A stretch of 64,000 nucleotides of DNA from Bacillota bacterium (GCA_024636005.1 JAGXHV010000091.1:2133-66132); one strand, 5' to 3'. Shown: positions 19,944-29,192, counted from the first letter of the stretch. A program made the numbers and translations. Notes: generated from the letters alone by a model not told the origin.

Positions 19944-20073
19944 TTAATTCAAGTCATCTATCTTGGATGCCATGATGAAGTCATTTCTTGAAAGGCCACC
20001 AATTTTATGTATCGTGATGCTGATGATAACTTTTCCCCATCCGAGTTCAATATCATGACTTTTTCTTATTCAT
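19944..20073 (-). pseudogene. 3' remnant of a second pterin-4a-carbinolamine dehydratase gene
   Basis: Reads [36 protein letters not shown], matching the C-terminus of 20597-20929. The upstream ATG (20073, GGGAG RBS) is out of frame and most of the N-terminal half is missing. Confidence 0.8.
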
Positions 20074-20154
20074 TTATGTATGACTCCCTTTTGTGCTCTA
20101 TATCATCATTTTAACACTATAAAGGAGTATGGGAACAAGATTATGAAATTAATT

Positions 20155-20481
20155 CTACTGGATTCTGCCCATACCTTCAATGAACGGTTTGATGACATAT
20201 TGAAATGTGTCCGTTTCCCCAATAAATAGGGTTTCAGAATTCCTATCGTGATAAAGATCTGTCAGCTTTTCAATATTGAGATCAGGATCACTTAGTTTTC
20301 TGAAAGCCATGAGCATGAAAATATTGAAATCAGTCTTTCTGTAGACTTTATAAATGATGCTCTTTTCACATTCATAAATAAGCGATTCTATTTCAAAGAG
20401 TTCCAGAACTTCACTTCCAAAGGTCGAGTTGAAAAGGTCGTACTCCACACTCAGTTCAAAAGGGTCACTGTGTTTTATCAT
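20155..20481 (-). CDS. Truncated paralog (N-lobe only, 108 aa) of the adjacent Ser/Thr kinase
   Basis: About 62% identity (64/103 by hand, no indels) to the kinase N-terminus; same GGAGTG RBS context; stops just after PFIEG. Confidence 0.75.
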   Translation of the reverse strand: MIKHSDPFELSVEYDLFNSTFGSEVLELFEIESLIYECEKSIIYKVYRKTDFNIFMLMAFRKLSDPDLNIEKLTDLYHDRNSETLFIGETDTFQYVIKPFIEGMGRIQ

Positions 20482-20596
20482 GGTTGCATACACTCCATAT
20501 AAATTTTTTGTTAATCTAATTATTATACCGCAACAAGTACTAAAATTACAATGAAAAACACTCACAAAATTAACTGCGAGTGTTTGGTAGATGATA

Positions 20597-20929
20597 TCAT
20601 TTCAAGTCGTCGATCTTGGAGGCCATGATGAAGTCATTTCTGGAAAGACCTCCGATTTTGTGTGTCATAAGACTGACGAGGACTCTCCCCCACCCGAGTT
20701 CAATATCTGGATGATGTCCCTCATTTTCTGCAATTGCTCCAACTTTATTGACGAATTCAAGTGCTTCCTTGAAATTTTTGAATTTATATTTGTGTGTGAT
20801 TTTTTTACCTTCTACAAGTTCCCAATCCGAGTCGATTTCCTTATAAAGAGTATCCAGCGCCTCACCTTCTAGTGGTGGTGTGCCCAATGAACAAGGTTCA
20901 CAATATTCCTGTTTCAATGTTTCTGACAT
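20597..20929 (-). CDS. phhB: Pterin-4a-carbinolamine dehydratase
   Basis: [42 protein letters not shown]. Confidence 0.92.
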   Translation of the reverse strand: MSETLKQEYCEPCSLGTPPLEGEALDTLYKEIDSDWELVEGKKITHKYKFKNFKEALEFVNKVGAIAENEGHHPDIELGWGRVLVSLMTHKIGGLSRNDFIMASKIDDLK

Positions 20930-20956
20930 GTTAGCCTCCTTTTAATCCAATAAGTT

Positions 20957-21535
20957 TCAGTAGCCCATTATGGTTCTTATTTCATCTGCTTCTGCTCTGG
21001 ATGTCAAAAGTTCCAGCAATTTAAATGCAACACCAGCCGCTGTAGACGGACACCAAGATGTGATGATGTTACCGTCTGTCACTATCGGGTCTTCATCAAT
21101 TATTGCCCCGAATGCCTCAAGTTGTCTTTGACGTCTGCCTTCCATAAGATGATATGTAGTAGCCCGTTTTCCGACCAGTATGCCACTTTTTCCGAGAGGA
21201 AGTGACGCCACGCAAACGGTGGCGATGTACTTGCCTGCATCATTGAATGCCCTTATGAGATCGAGAAACTTCTCGTTGTAGGCATCTTCATAGAATCCAT
21301 AATTCCCGAATCCGCCCGGAATTGCCAGGGCATCATATTCTTCCAGAATCACGTCATCAATGAGCAGATCCACTTTCAGTCTCACATCGAATGTGGTGAC
21401 AATCTCTTCTCTGAAACCACACGTCACAATTTGCGTGTCCGAATGGTTGAAACTCCGGTTCCATCCGAATACATCGACGAATGCACTCATCTCGATGAGT
21501 TCAACGCCTTTTGTCAAAAAAAGTAGTATTTTCAT
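20957..21535 (-). CDS. DJ-1/PfpI-family protein
   Basis: G.ELIE, IPGG, nucleophile elbow TVCVAS, DGNIITS; GGAGG RBS before ATG 21535. Confidence 0.9.
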   Translation of the reverse strand: MKILLFLTKGVELIEMSAFVDVFGWNRSFNHSDTQIVTCGFREEIVTTFDVRLKVDLLIDDVILEEYDALAIPGGFGNYGFYEDAYNEKFLDLIRAFNDAGKYIATVCVASLPLGKSGILVGKRATTYHLMEGRRQRQLEAFGAIIDEDPIVTDGNIITSWCPSTAAGVAFKLLELLTSRAEADEIRTIMGY

Positions 21536-21547
21536 TTTGCCTCCAGA

Positions 21548-21580
21548 AGTACTAATTGGGGACAGGTACAAATTGGTACC
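21548..21580 (+). repeat. 33-bp REP-like hairpin, left copy
   Basis: AGTACTAATT-GGGGACAGGTACA-AATTGGTACC; 29/33 identical to the reverse complement of 22626-22658. Confidence 0.8.
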
Positions 21581-21799
21581 TGGGAGGGAAAGCAGGGAGT
21601 GCAGGAGAGTGCAGGAGAGTGCAGGAGAGTGCAGGGAAATCAGGAGAGTGCAGGGAAATCAGGAGAGTGCAGGAAAATCAGGAAAATCTAAAATCAAGAC
21701 TAAGGTCAAAAGATGCATATATGTACAACGTTTTTGACTTTCCTGCCCTTCCTATTCTTCCTGCTCTTCCTGCTCCTCCCTGCTCTCCCTACTCTTCCT
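21581..21799. repeat. Modular intergenic repeat, copy 1: (GCAGGRRAGT/AAAT)n arm - central spacer - inverted (TTCCTGCTC)n arm
   Basis: About 10 tandem 9-10-nt units on the left and ~7 on the right in opposite orientation; inner ends GGTCAAAA / TTTTTGAC. Confidence 0.85.
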
Positions 21800-22519
21800 C
21801 TACCCCTTGATATATTCCCAAAACAACGTTTCATTAAAATTTGCAACCAGATGTGATGGAAAATCAATCTCCTCAAGCATAAAAGCGGCTTCTTCCTTGG
21901 CACCTACATGCTCTGAAAAATGGGCATCGCTCCCTATAATAATTGCAGCTCCATGCTGTTTGCAGTAACCAAGTAATGTTTTATAATTTTCATGTGCCCC
22001 TTCACGTGTTGCCGTTGGCAACAGGGAACTGTTGTTGATCTCAATCAGAACATGTTGCTCAATAGCTGCAAGAACGAATCGTTCGTACTCCATCGGATAT
22101 CTGCTGTCATCCGGATGTCCGATGATTTTTACAACCGGATGATTCATAGCGTTGATCAGAGCATTGGTATTGCCTACAGCATCCAAATTTTCAAAACACG
22201 GGATGTGAAGACTTGCAATGGCGTAATCCAGAATAGTATGAGCTTTACCTTTGATGTCAATTTCACCACTTTCATCAAGTATGTTGACTTCAGCGCCTTT
22301 AAGTACACGCACTCCTTCAATGATTTCTGGTAGTGTTTTCAGATTGTGAAAATAAAATTGATGCGCCCCATCAGGCATCATCGGTCCATGATCTGATACC
22401 CCGATGATTTTCATGTCTTTTGCTTTTGCAGCGCGAATATTTTCAAGCAATGTGCTATATGCGTGGCCGCTTGCCACAGTATGTGTGTGTAGGTCTAATA
22501 AATTATGCGAAAATTTCAT
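21800..22519 (-). CDS. PHP-domain phosphatase (YcdX-like)
   Basis: DLHTHTVASGHAYST, SDHGP, GAEVNI, GHPDD, EINNSS, GSDAH. Confidence 0.92.
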   Translation of the reverse strand: MKFSHNLLDLHTHTVASGHAYSTLLENIRAAKAKDMKIIGVSDHGPMMPDGAHQFYFHNLKTLPEIIEGVRVLKGAEVNILDESGEIDIKGKAHTILDYAIASLHIPCFENLDAVGNTNALINAMNHPVVKIIGHPDDSRYPMEYERFVLAAIEQHVLIEINNSSLLPTATREGAHENYKTLLGYCKQHGAAIIIGSDAHFSEHVGAKEEAAFMLEEIDFPSHLVANFNETLFWEYIKG

Positions 22520-22625
22520 TAAGTGTCCTTTCTGTTTAAGTACAGGGAAATCTGGGTGGTTTTAATCTTCATCGTTTGATTTTCCTAACCACTGCGCTCA
22601 TGAGAGCGCAATACCACTAACTACT

Positions 22626-22658
22626 GGTACCAATTTGCACCTGTCCCTAATTGGTACC
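22626..22658 (-). repeat. 33-bp REP-like hairpin, right copy (inverted relative to 21548-21580)
   Basis: GGTACCAATT-TGCACCTGTCCCT-AATTGGTACC, perfect 10-bp stem. Confidence 0.8.
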
Positions 22659-22662
22659 TCTT

Positions 22663-23721
22663 CTACTCCTCAAACTCAAACACAGCGGTCACGGGCTGAT
22701 GGTCGGAATCCTTGAAGCCGAGGTCGTGTCCCATTACTGAGACTACCTTTACATTTGGAGAGACAAGAAAACCATCTATAACGGTCTCAAAACTCACGCC
22801 AGGTTCATAAGGAGTGACCAATGAGCGAACCGTATTGACTGTTTCATCATATACAAGATTGAATCCAGTGGCTTCAATCGAATCGGGAATTACCGCGATC
22901 CATGATTCAGGTTCTCCTTCGATACGATCGAAAAACTCTTGAGATAGCAAATGATTCCAGTCGCCACCAATGATGAAGTAATTCTCGTTGGGGTCGTAGA
23001 TTTCTTCAATATAACTGATCAGCCACTCAACTTGTTGTGCCCTGATCAATCCACCCTTATCGAAAGCAGAGAGATGTACATTCATTAGAATCAGGGTTTT
23101 CCCATTGTCCAGCGGATACGTGTTCATTAAGATTGCTCTTTTCAAATCAAAATAACGGTTTGGAATAGGTTCATCACCGGGAAGCTGATACCTGGTCGTC
23201 GTTTCAGGATTCATTTTCGAAAGCGTCAACAGACCAGAGATGGCTTTACCCATTGGATTTGCTACAGGAATAGGCACCCAACCCGTCTTGAAATTATAAG
23301 CAAAAGTACTGCTGTATGAAGAAAATTCTTCTACAATCCGCTCCACTTGATTGATTTTGAAACTTCTTGAAGAGTTTTCATCCACTTCTTGGAGCAGATA
23401 AGCATCGGATTCTGTATCAGTCATGAATTTAAGAACACCGAACAGGTTTTTCTCAGTTTGCTCGAGACTCGATGAACGCGACATAGTACCACCGTCCATG
23501 AAAAAATCCTGTGCGGCATCGAGACCGGAATAACCTATATTGTAAGTTGTCACTTGAAAAGATGACATTTCTACTTCATTAACTGTCTTCTCATTTAAAA
23601 TGATGCCTTCCTCTACCTCATCCGGTTTGTACTCCGTAATGATGCTGTAGGCCAAAAATAACACAAAAACCAGAACTGGTACCATTAATATACTTAAAAC
23701 CCATAAAAGAATCCGTTTCAT
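22663..23721 (-). CDS. Membrane-anchored endonuclease/exonuclease/phosphatase (EEP) family protein
   Basis: TYNIG, LQEVD, NVHLSAF, GGDWN, IDGF, SDHQP; GGAGG RBS before ATG 23721. Confidence 0.9.
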   Translation of the reverse strand: MKRILLWVLSILMVPVLVFVLFLAYSIITEYKPDEVEEGIILNEKTVNEVEMSSFQVTTYNIGYSGLDAAQDFFMDGGTMSRSSSLEQTEKNLFGVLKFMTDTESDAYLLQEVDENSSRSFKINQVERIVEEFSSYSSTFAYNFKTGWVPIPVANPMGKAISGLLTLSKMNPETTTRYQLPGDEPIPNRYFDLKRAILMNTYPLDNGKTLILMNVHLSAFDKGGLIRAQQVEWLISYIEEIYDPNENYFIIGGDWNHLLSQEFFDRIEGEPESWIAVIPDSIEATGFNLVYDETVNTVRSLVTPYEPGVSFETVIDGFLVSPNVKVVSVMGHDLGFKDSDHQPVTAVFEFEE

Positions 23722-23850
23722 AATGCCTCCTTGTCTCAATCGACAACCACTCACTGGCTATTATCTGTATTTTAACATTATTTGAGACGCTTCACAATTG
23801 CGAACAAATCAAAAAAAGCCCCTTCGAATGAAGAGGCTGATTTTAATTGA

Positions 23851-25104
23851 TCATATAAGATTTTTGTCGAGATACTTGGTCAGTTTTCCCAAACAATTGA
23901 CATAACTTCCGAACTCATTGTCATACCATCCAAAGATTTTGGCATGGGTCACTGGAAGATTTGCATCCTGAGTCACTTCAATTCCAAGACGTGACAAAGT
24001 TTCAGCATTGAGTGGCAAAAATCCTGTTCTGGTATGATTCTCCTGACCTTCTATGACAATTGCAGCTTGCATGCCCATGAGGTCGGAGGATACATTTTGA
24101 TTGTTGCTGAAATAAAGAAGACCCTTTTGCGCGCCTTCGCTCGCTTTTTTATAGACATCGTTGATGAACTCTTTGGTGATCACAGGCTCTCCATTTTCCG
24201 TCAGCGTCGTGTGGAATGTAAGGTTGAGAGATATAAGCGATACCGTGCTGGTAGGAACGCGAATCGAATCCGCCATGAAACCAATGCTCTTGATCTCAGG
24301 CATGACTTCCTCAAGTGCGATGGCAGCACCTGTGCTCGTCGGAATGATGTTGTTGAAAAGTGACCTGTCCTTTCTTAGGTCACCAACCCCCGCGCCCGGA
24401 GCAGCATCCAAAATACTTTGGTTGTTGGTAGCCGCATGCACAGTGGTCATCGATGCCGTTACGATGCGCGAAGTCTCCTCTGTGCTGACAAGGGGTTTCA
24501 TCATATGTGAGAGTCCCGTTGTCGTGCAACTTGTTGCAGAGATTACATGATGCTTCATCGGATCGTATTTCATGTGGTTGATACCGTACACAAACATGCC
24601 GCTGTCCTCAGGCATTTTTCTCGACGAATCTTTGATTTTGAAAGGTGCGCTCAAAATGACTTTTTCAGCTCCTGCTTCGAGGTGACCCCTGAGACTGCCT
24701 TTTGGATGGTCCGCAGGTACTGTTGGATCTAGAAATACACCCGTACAATCCACAACGATTCGGACACCTTCCGTGTTCCATTCGATATCTCTTGGATTTC
24801 TAGCTGTCGTCAGGATTTTTACTGGGATTCCGTCCATTTCGATGATGCGCTGTGCTTCATCGATCAGTTTGACATCACATGTTTTTCCGGAATAACCATA
24901 CATGAACTTGTCCAGGGATCCATACGTCGAATCCGTGGACAGATATTGCATCACATCCTCCATGCTCTTTCCAATTTCTCTGCCTGCGTTGATTACAATC
25001 CCATCGAAATGTTTCATGTTCAGATGATTCCATAGAGTCAATTTTCCAATTCGACCGATTCCATTGATACCCAACAACCTCTTGTTTTGTAATGTAGTAT
25101 TCAC
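23851..25104 (-). CDS. Divergent type I glyceraldehyde-3-phosphate dehydrogenase-family enzyme (417 aa)
   Basis: GINGIGRIGK, VVDCTGVF, SATSCTT (catalytic Cys), VHAAT (His), NIIPTSTGAA, IRVPT, WYDNE; GAGGGAGG RBS before GTG. Confidence 0.9.
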   Translation of the reverse strand: MNTTLQNKRLLGINGIGRIGKLTLWNHLNMKHFDGIVINAGREIGKSMEDVMQYLSTDSTYGSLDKFMYGYSGKTCDVKLIDEAQRIIEMDGIPVKILTTARNPRDIEWNTEGVRIVVDCTGVFLDPTVPADHPKGSLRGHLEAGAEKVILSAPFKIKDSSRKMPEDSGMFVYGINHMKYDPMKHHVISATSCTTTGLSHMMKPLVSTEETSRIVTASMTTVHAATNNQSILDAAPGAGVGDLRKDRSLFNNIIPTSTGAAIALEEVMPEIKSIGFMADSIRVPTSTVSLISLNLTFHTTLTENGEPVITKEFINDVYKKASEGAQKGLLYFSNNQNVSSDLMGMQAAIVIEGQENHTRTGFLPLNAETLSRLGIEVTQDANLPVTHAKIFGWYDNEFGSYVNCLGKLTKYLDKNLI

Positions 25105-25133
25105 CTTACTGCCTCCCTCTGATTCTTATAATG

Positions 25134-28100
25134 TCACTGCACATCAAGTGTGCATGAATTGCCAATATAGATATTGCCCAGATAACCGTCAATTTTAATC
25201 TCATCGCCGCTTTTGAATGCATGTTCACCAAAAGTACAAGTCTTCCCAATTTCATTGACTTTAAGAGCTTTGCAATTGACGATACATACTTTTCCAAGGC
25301 TCGCTGCCGTCACTGCGGCATGGGACGTGATGCCCCCTTTTGCGGTGACAATGGCATCCGCTGAAAAGATCAGTGGAATGTCATCTGGTACAGTATATGG
25401 CCTCACCAGTACGACTGGCATACCGGGATATTCCTGTCTAAGTAGTGCTATATCATGCGCGTCAAAGGCCATCAATCCCGATATGACCCCACTATTGACA
25501 CCTATACCTCTGCCAACCACAGAACACTTTTTAAAAGCCTGAAAATAAAGCGCATCTTCTTTTTTCTTCTTGAGCTTTTGGTTGCGCGTCTGCAAAATAT
25601 ACAAATCTTCAGGATCATCCGATTCAAATGTGAACTCAATTTCCTGATGCACAAAACCATGCTGCTCAATGAGCCTACCGGCATGATTCAAAAGTGCGCT
25701 GTACACATTCGGAAATTTCATCTCCAAAGAAACCGTACTCTCCTCATGGCTCGCTATACGTTGACTTTCACTGATTGGAAGAGTATTTACCAGTCCAGAT
25801 ACAACATCCTCACCCTGTGAGCAAAGAACAAAGTCTCCGAACAGTTGAATTCCTGACAGATCGTTAAACGGACTGTTGGTGAACACAACACCAGTTCCCG
25901 ACTGCTTCGATTTGTTACCAAGGACCATTTGCTGGATCAATACAGCCGTCCCCCACTCCTCAGCGATTTCCATATGCGCTCTATAGCTGACTGCACTGTC
26001 TGAGAACCAAGATTCGATGACGCTATAAATCGCTTTTTTCAATTGCTTAAGAGTATCGCGTTCAATGTGTATGCCGTTTTGGATCAAAGCATCCTTGTAT
26101 GCCATTGCTATGGCTTTCATTTGATTTTGGGTCAAATCGGATTTTGAAATCACCCCGTATTTTTGCTTATAGGCTACAATAATTTTATAAAACACATCTC
26201 TTTCGAGACCTTGTGCCAGACCCAAACTTTGCAGATACCTTCTATAACAATCCCAAATTGTCCAGCCGTTTTCGCTGGTCATCGAATAACGCTCTGCGAT
26301 TTCATCGTTGATGCCAACATTCAAAAATGTCCTCATGGCACCGGGCAATGAAAAAGAAGAGCCTGAGCGTACCGATAAAAGAAGTGGATTGTTTGGATCA
26401 CCGAATCGCTTACCGGTCTTGATTTCCAGTAGCTTCAATTGTCCTTCAATCATTTCGTCCAGTTCTGATTCAACAGATGCTTGGCTTAGGATGGTTTCCT
26501 TGTGTCTGAATACCTCTGTTGTTAAAACGAAACCACTCGGGACTGGAAACTCCAGGGCACAAAGCCTTTTGAGAAAAAACGCTTTAGATCCTAAGAAGAC
26601 TGGATTGTCTAGAGCGGGGGCTTGTTCATCCAAATTGCAAATCACCTTATTGCTGTCATAGCCGGCACTGTTTTGAACAGTCTTATATGCCACATCTTGC
26701 ATTTTCCCAGAAAAGTTATAGGTGACCTCTGAAATGAATTGGTCAAGATTATGGATTAGGAATGAAGAATCCAAATTGTCCCTGAAAAATTGATCGGATG
26801 CCACAAGTCGGTCTTTCTCATCAAGATCTCTCAGTATGATTTTAAGTGGTCTTTCGTATACATCGATGAAATACTCGTCAATGATGTGCTTGATGTCTCT
26901 TGCCATGAACTGGAAGATGTTGATATATTGGTCAAGTGAAAAGCTTGGTGAAGTCAATCCATACCTCAGCATGTCGAGTCTTGAATTGAATCCCTCGTTC
27001 GAAATGCCATCCAGTTCATGGCCGTCCCTGAAAAGTTCGAATACGTCGTGAATTTGCTGAAGAAGCTTCATATCAATACTTGAGTAATCCACCTCACCCA
27101 TTATTTTCACCATGAGTTTTGATGCGGTCTTTTCAAGTCTGTATAACAACCCAAGCGACTCAAATTTCGGTTCGATATACTGCCCATACATGGACGGAAT
27201 TCCAGCTGCAACATGTCGTTTATAAAAGATGTTCTCTTGACCGACACTGATCACGGGATCAAGTATGATTGATTTCAACTTTCTCATGATTTCAAAAATG
27301 GATTGAAGCGCATCAATGTTCTTTCCTGATTTAAGCTGTTCCTGAAGTTTCAAGTGAGTCTCGCTGGGAATATTATCGTTTTCACTTAATATTTTTATGA
27401 TATCCGTCGCTTCTAGGGAATACTTCTCCATAACAAGAAAGTAAACTTTAAAAAGATTAAGTACACGTTTTTTGTCCCTCATCTCACAATCTGAAAGGCT
27501 CCCTGATGCTTTTTCGATAATATCCATTCCGAGGGTTAAAACATCCATAGGACCACTTCCGAGAGCATCACAAATTGAATTCATGACTCCATGAACACCT
27601 TTAAGCATGGCTTTGTCGTTTTGAAGCCAGTCTTCCACATCTTGTGGAAGAAGTCCCGACAAGTGAGAAGGATTCCTGTCATACCAATAAAAGATGATTT
27701 GTCTGGTCAGTTCAATATGAGTATTGTTACTTTCTGTATGAATTTGTTTTCTCAAAAAATGGATCAACTTATCTTTTCTAAGTTCAAGTTCATCCATTGC
27801 AGTTGAGCATTCCCTAAGCTTCCCTTCCGCTCCTATGTCTGTGAAATAGATTGGGAATATCTTCGCAAGTTGCTTGATTTCTCGGAAAGTTGGAGCAATC
27901 TGAGAATTGAGAAGCCTAGTGACATCCCTTTGAAACAGGTCAGTATCGGATATGAAAATCCCTTTGAGTTTCAGATTGACGATCAAAGCCGCCAAGAGCT
28001 CTCTCGTACCTTTTGGTGCTGAGGCGATGAGTTCAATCCATGTTCGAATGTTTTTTACATGATTGGAATGGACCGAAGTCTGCCAATCCTTATTGAGTTT

Positions 28101-29192
28101 CAAAACACCAGGTCCGACAAACCCGAATTCGATCAGTCTGGTGACGAAATATCTGATATGGTGTTGCTTACCCGTATAAAGGATTTCTTTCCCTAGTGTG
28201 GATATGCAATCAAGAACGGTACTTCCCTGAGATTCCTCAAGGAGTTTGAGTTCATCCATGATCACATCAATAAATGGTTTGACCTCCTCCTCTTTGATTT
28301 CAGAAAAAACCGATCTCAAATTTCTATTGATATCATAGAGCAAATGTTTGTTATAATTGGCCATGCCAGGAAGTCTGAGCAAATAATAAAGATAATGTAT
28401 GGTTTCCAGATGGGATTCCATTCTTTGGGCATAACTCCTGAAATAACCTGAAATGTCATTGAAAAACATCAAATTTTGAAGGGACTCCCAATCTTTGGCA
28501 CTCGCATGATTTTGTCTGAGCGCATAAAAAAAAGGCTTCCCGATTGCTCTTAAATCATCCGCCTGTAGTACATGAAACAGGTCGGATTTTGAAGCGAACC
28601 ATTCTTCCACCTGAGAGGTCTCTTCCCAGTAATCTATGCTTCTTAGTACCACATCGTGAGTGATTTCGTATATTTGAGGCGCGAAGCACTCCACCTTTGC
28701 AATTCGATTGAAATATGTTTTAAAGTAGCGAGAGTTCTGAATATAAAGCAATGCACTTTGCTTCATATCCTTACGAATAACATCGAATGCCCTTTGCACG
28801 ATTGATACTGGGAATTCTTCCAGTGCGGCGAGTCTATCAATAAACTTCACAAGGCATTTAATGAGTAGATCTCTCTGCTCAAGTTTGGTCACGGAACGAA
28901 AAAGCCCCTCAAATATATCAATGAAGACTCCAAAAGCCTTTTCTGAGTCCTCAAGACCATCATAGAACCATAAGTCTTCCAGACAAATATCGTGTAGCGA
29001 CTCGATCACATATTTGTTGTTTCTATAAGCATGATTAAGTTCCTTAACAAAGTCCATAGTTCTCTTATGAATATCCCATTTGTCTTTTGACAATTCACAA
29101 AACCAAAGTTGATTGTCCGGAACTCTAGTGGATACAAACTTCGTTTGAGCCAAATTCGCTTCAAGTGCCTTTGATGAGAATTGGTTTGACAT
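25134..29192 (-). CDS. PPDK-derived dikinase: ~860-aa unknown N-terminal region + ATP-grasp domain + phospho-His swivel domain; no pyruvate-binding barrel
   Basis: LGSKA, PVPSGFVLTT, LSVRSG..SLPGAM.T.LN.G, WGTAVLIQQMVLGN, SGTGVVFT, QGEDVVSG, EIEFTFE, LYILQTR, GGITSHAAV, IDGYLGNIY, then a stop. GGAGG RBS before ATG 29192. Confidence 0.85.
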   Translation of the reverse strand: MSNQFSSKALEANLAQTKFVSTRVPDNQLWFCELSKDKWDIHKRTMDFVKELNHAYRNNKYVIESLHDICLEDLWFYDGLEDSEKAFGVFIDIFEGLFRSVTKLEQRDLLIKCLVKFIDRLAALEEFPVSIVQRAFDVIRKDMKQSALLYIQNSRYFKTYFNRIAKVECFAPQIYEITHDVVLRSIDYWEETSQVEEWFASKSDLFHVLQADDLRAIGKPFFYALRQNHASAKDWESLQNLMFFNDISGYFRSYAQRMESHLETIHYLYYLLRLPGMANYNKHLLYDINRNLRSVFSEIKEEEVKPFIDVIMDELKLLEESQGSTVLDCISTLGKEILYTGKQHHIRYFVTRLIEFGFVGPGVLKLNKDWQTSVHSNHVKNIRTWIELIASAPKGTRELLAALIVNLKLKGIFISDTDLFQRDVTRLLNSQIAPTFREIKQLAKIFPIYFTDIGAEGKLRECSTAMDELELRKDKLIHFLRKQIHTESNNTHIELTRQIIFYWYDRNPSHLSGLLPQDVEDWLQNDKAMLKGVHGVMNSICDALGSGPMDVLTLGMDIIEKASGSLSDCEMRDKKRVLNLFKVYFLVMEKYSLEATDIIKILSENDNIPSETHLKLQEQLKSGKNIDALQSIFEIMRKLKSIILDPVISVGQENIFYKRHVAAGIPSMYGQYIEPKFESLGLLYRLEKTASKLMVKIMGEVDYSSIDMKLLQQIHDVFELFRDGHELDGISNEGFNSRLDMLRYGLTSPSFSLDQYINIFQFMARDIKHIIDEYFIDVYERPLKIILRDLDEKDRLVASDQFFRDNLDSSFLIHNLDQFISEVTYNFSGKMQDVAYKTVQNSAGYDSNKVICNLDEQAPALDNPVFLGSKAFFLKRLCALEFPVPSGFVLTTEVFRHKETILSQASVESELDEMIEGQLKLLEIKTGKRFGDPNNPLLLSVRSGSSFSLPGAMRTFLNVGINDEIAERYSMTSENGWTIWDCYRRYLQSLGLAQGLERDVFYKIIVAYKQKYGVISKSDLTQNQMKAIAMAYKDALIQNGIHIERDTLKQLKKAIYSVIESWFSDSAVSYRAHMEIAEEWGTAVLIQQMVLGNKSKQSGTGVVFTNSPFNDLSGIQLFGDFVLCSQGEDVVSGLVNTLPISESQRIASHEESTVSLEMKFPNVYSALLNHAGRLIEQHGFVHQEIEFTFESDDPEDLYILQTRNQKLKKKKEDALYFQAFKKCSVVGRGIGVNSGVISGLMAFDAHDIALLRQEYPGMPVVLVRPYTVPDDIPLIFSADAIVTAKGGITSHAAVTAASLGKVCIVNCKALKVNEIGKTCTFGEHAFKSGDEIKIDGYLGNIYIGNSCTLDVQ

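Noticed and set aside
21581-21799. Possible CRISPR array
   Set aside because: Units are 9-10 nt and contiguous, with no unique spacers and no cas genes in the window.
21360-21903. ORFs 21360-21737, 21556-21810 and 21706-21903 (and 53496-53684)
   Set aside because: Low-complexity translations of the tandem repeat arrays; no convincing RBS, and most overlap real genes.
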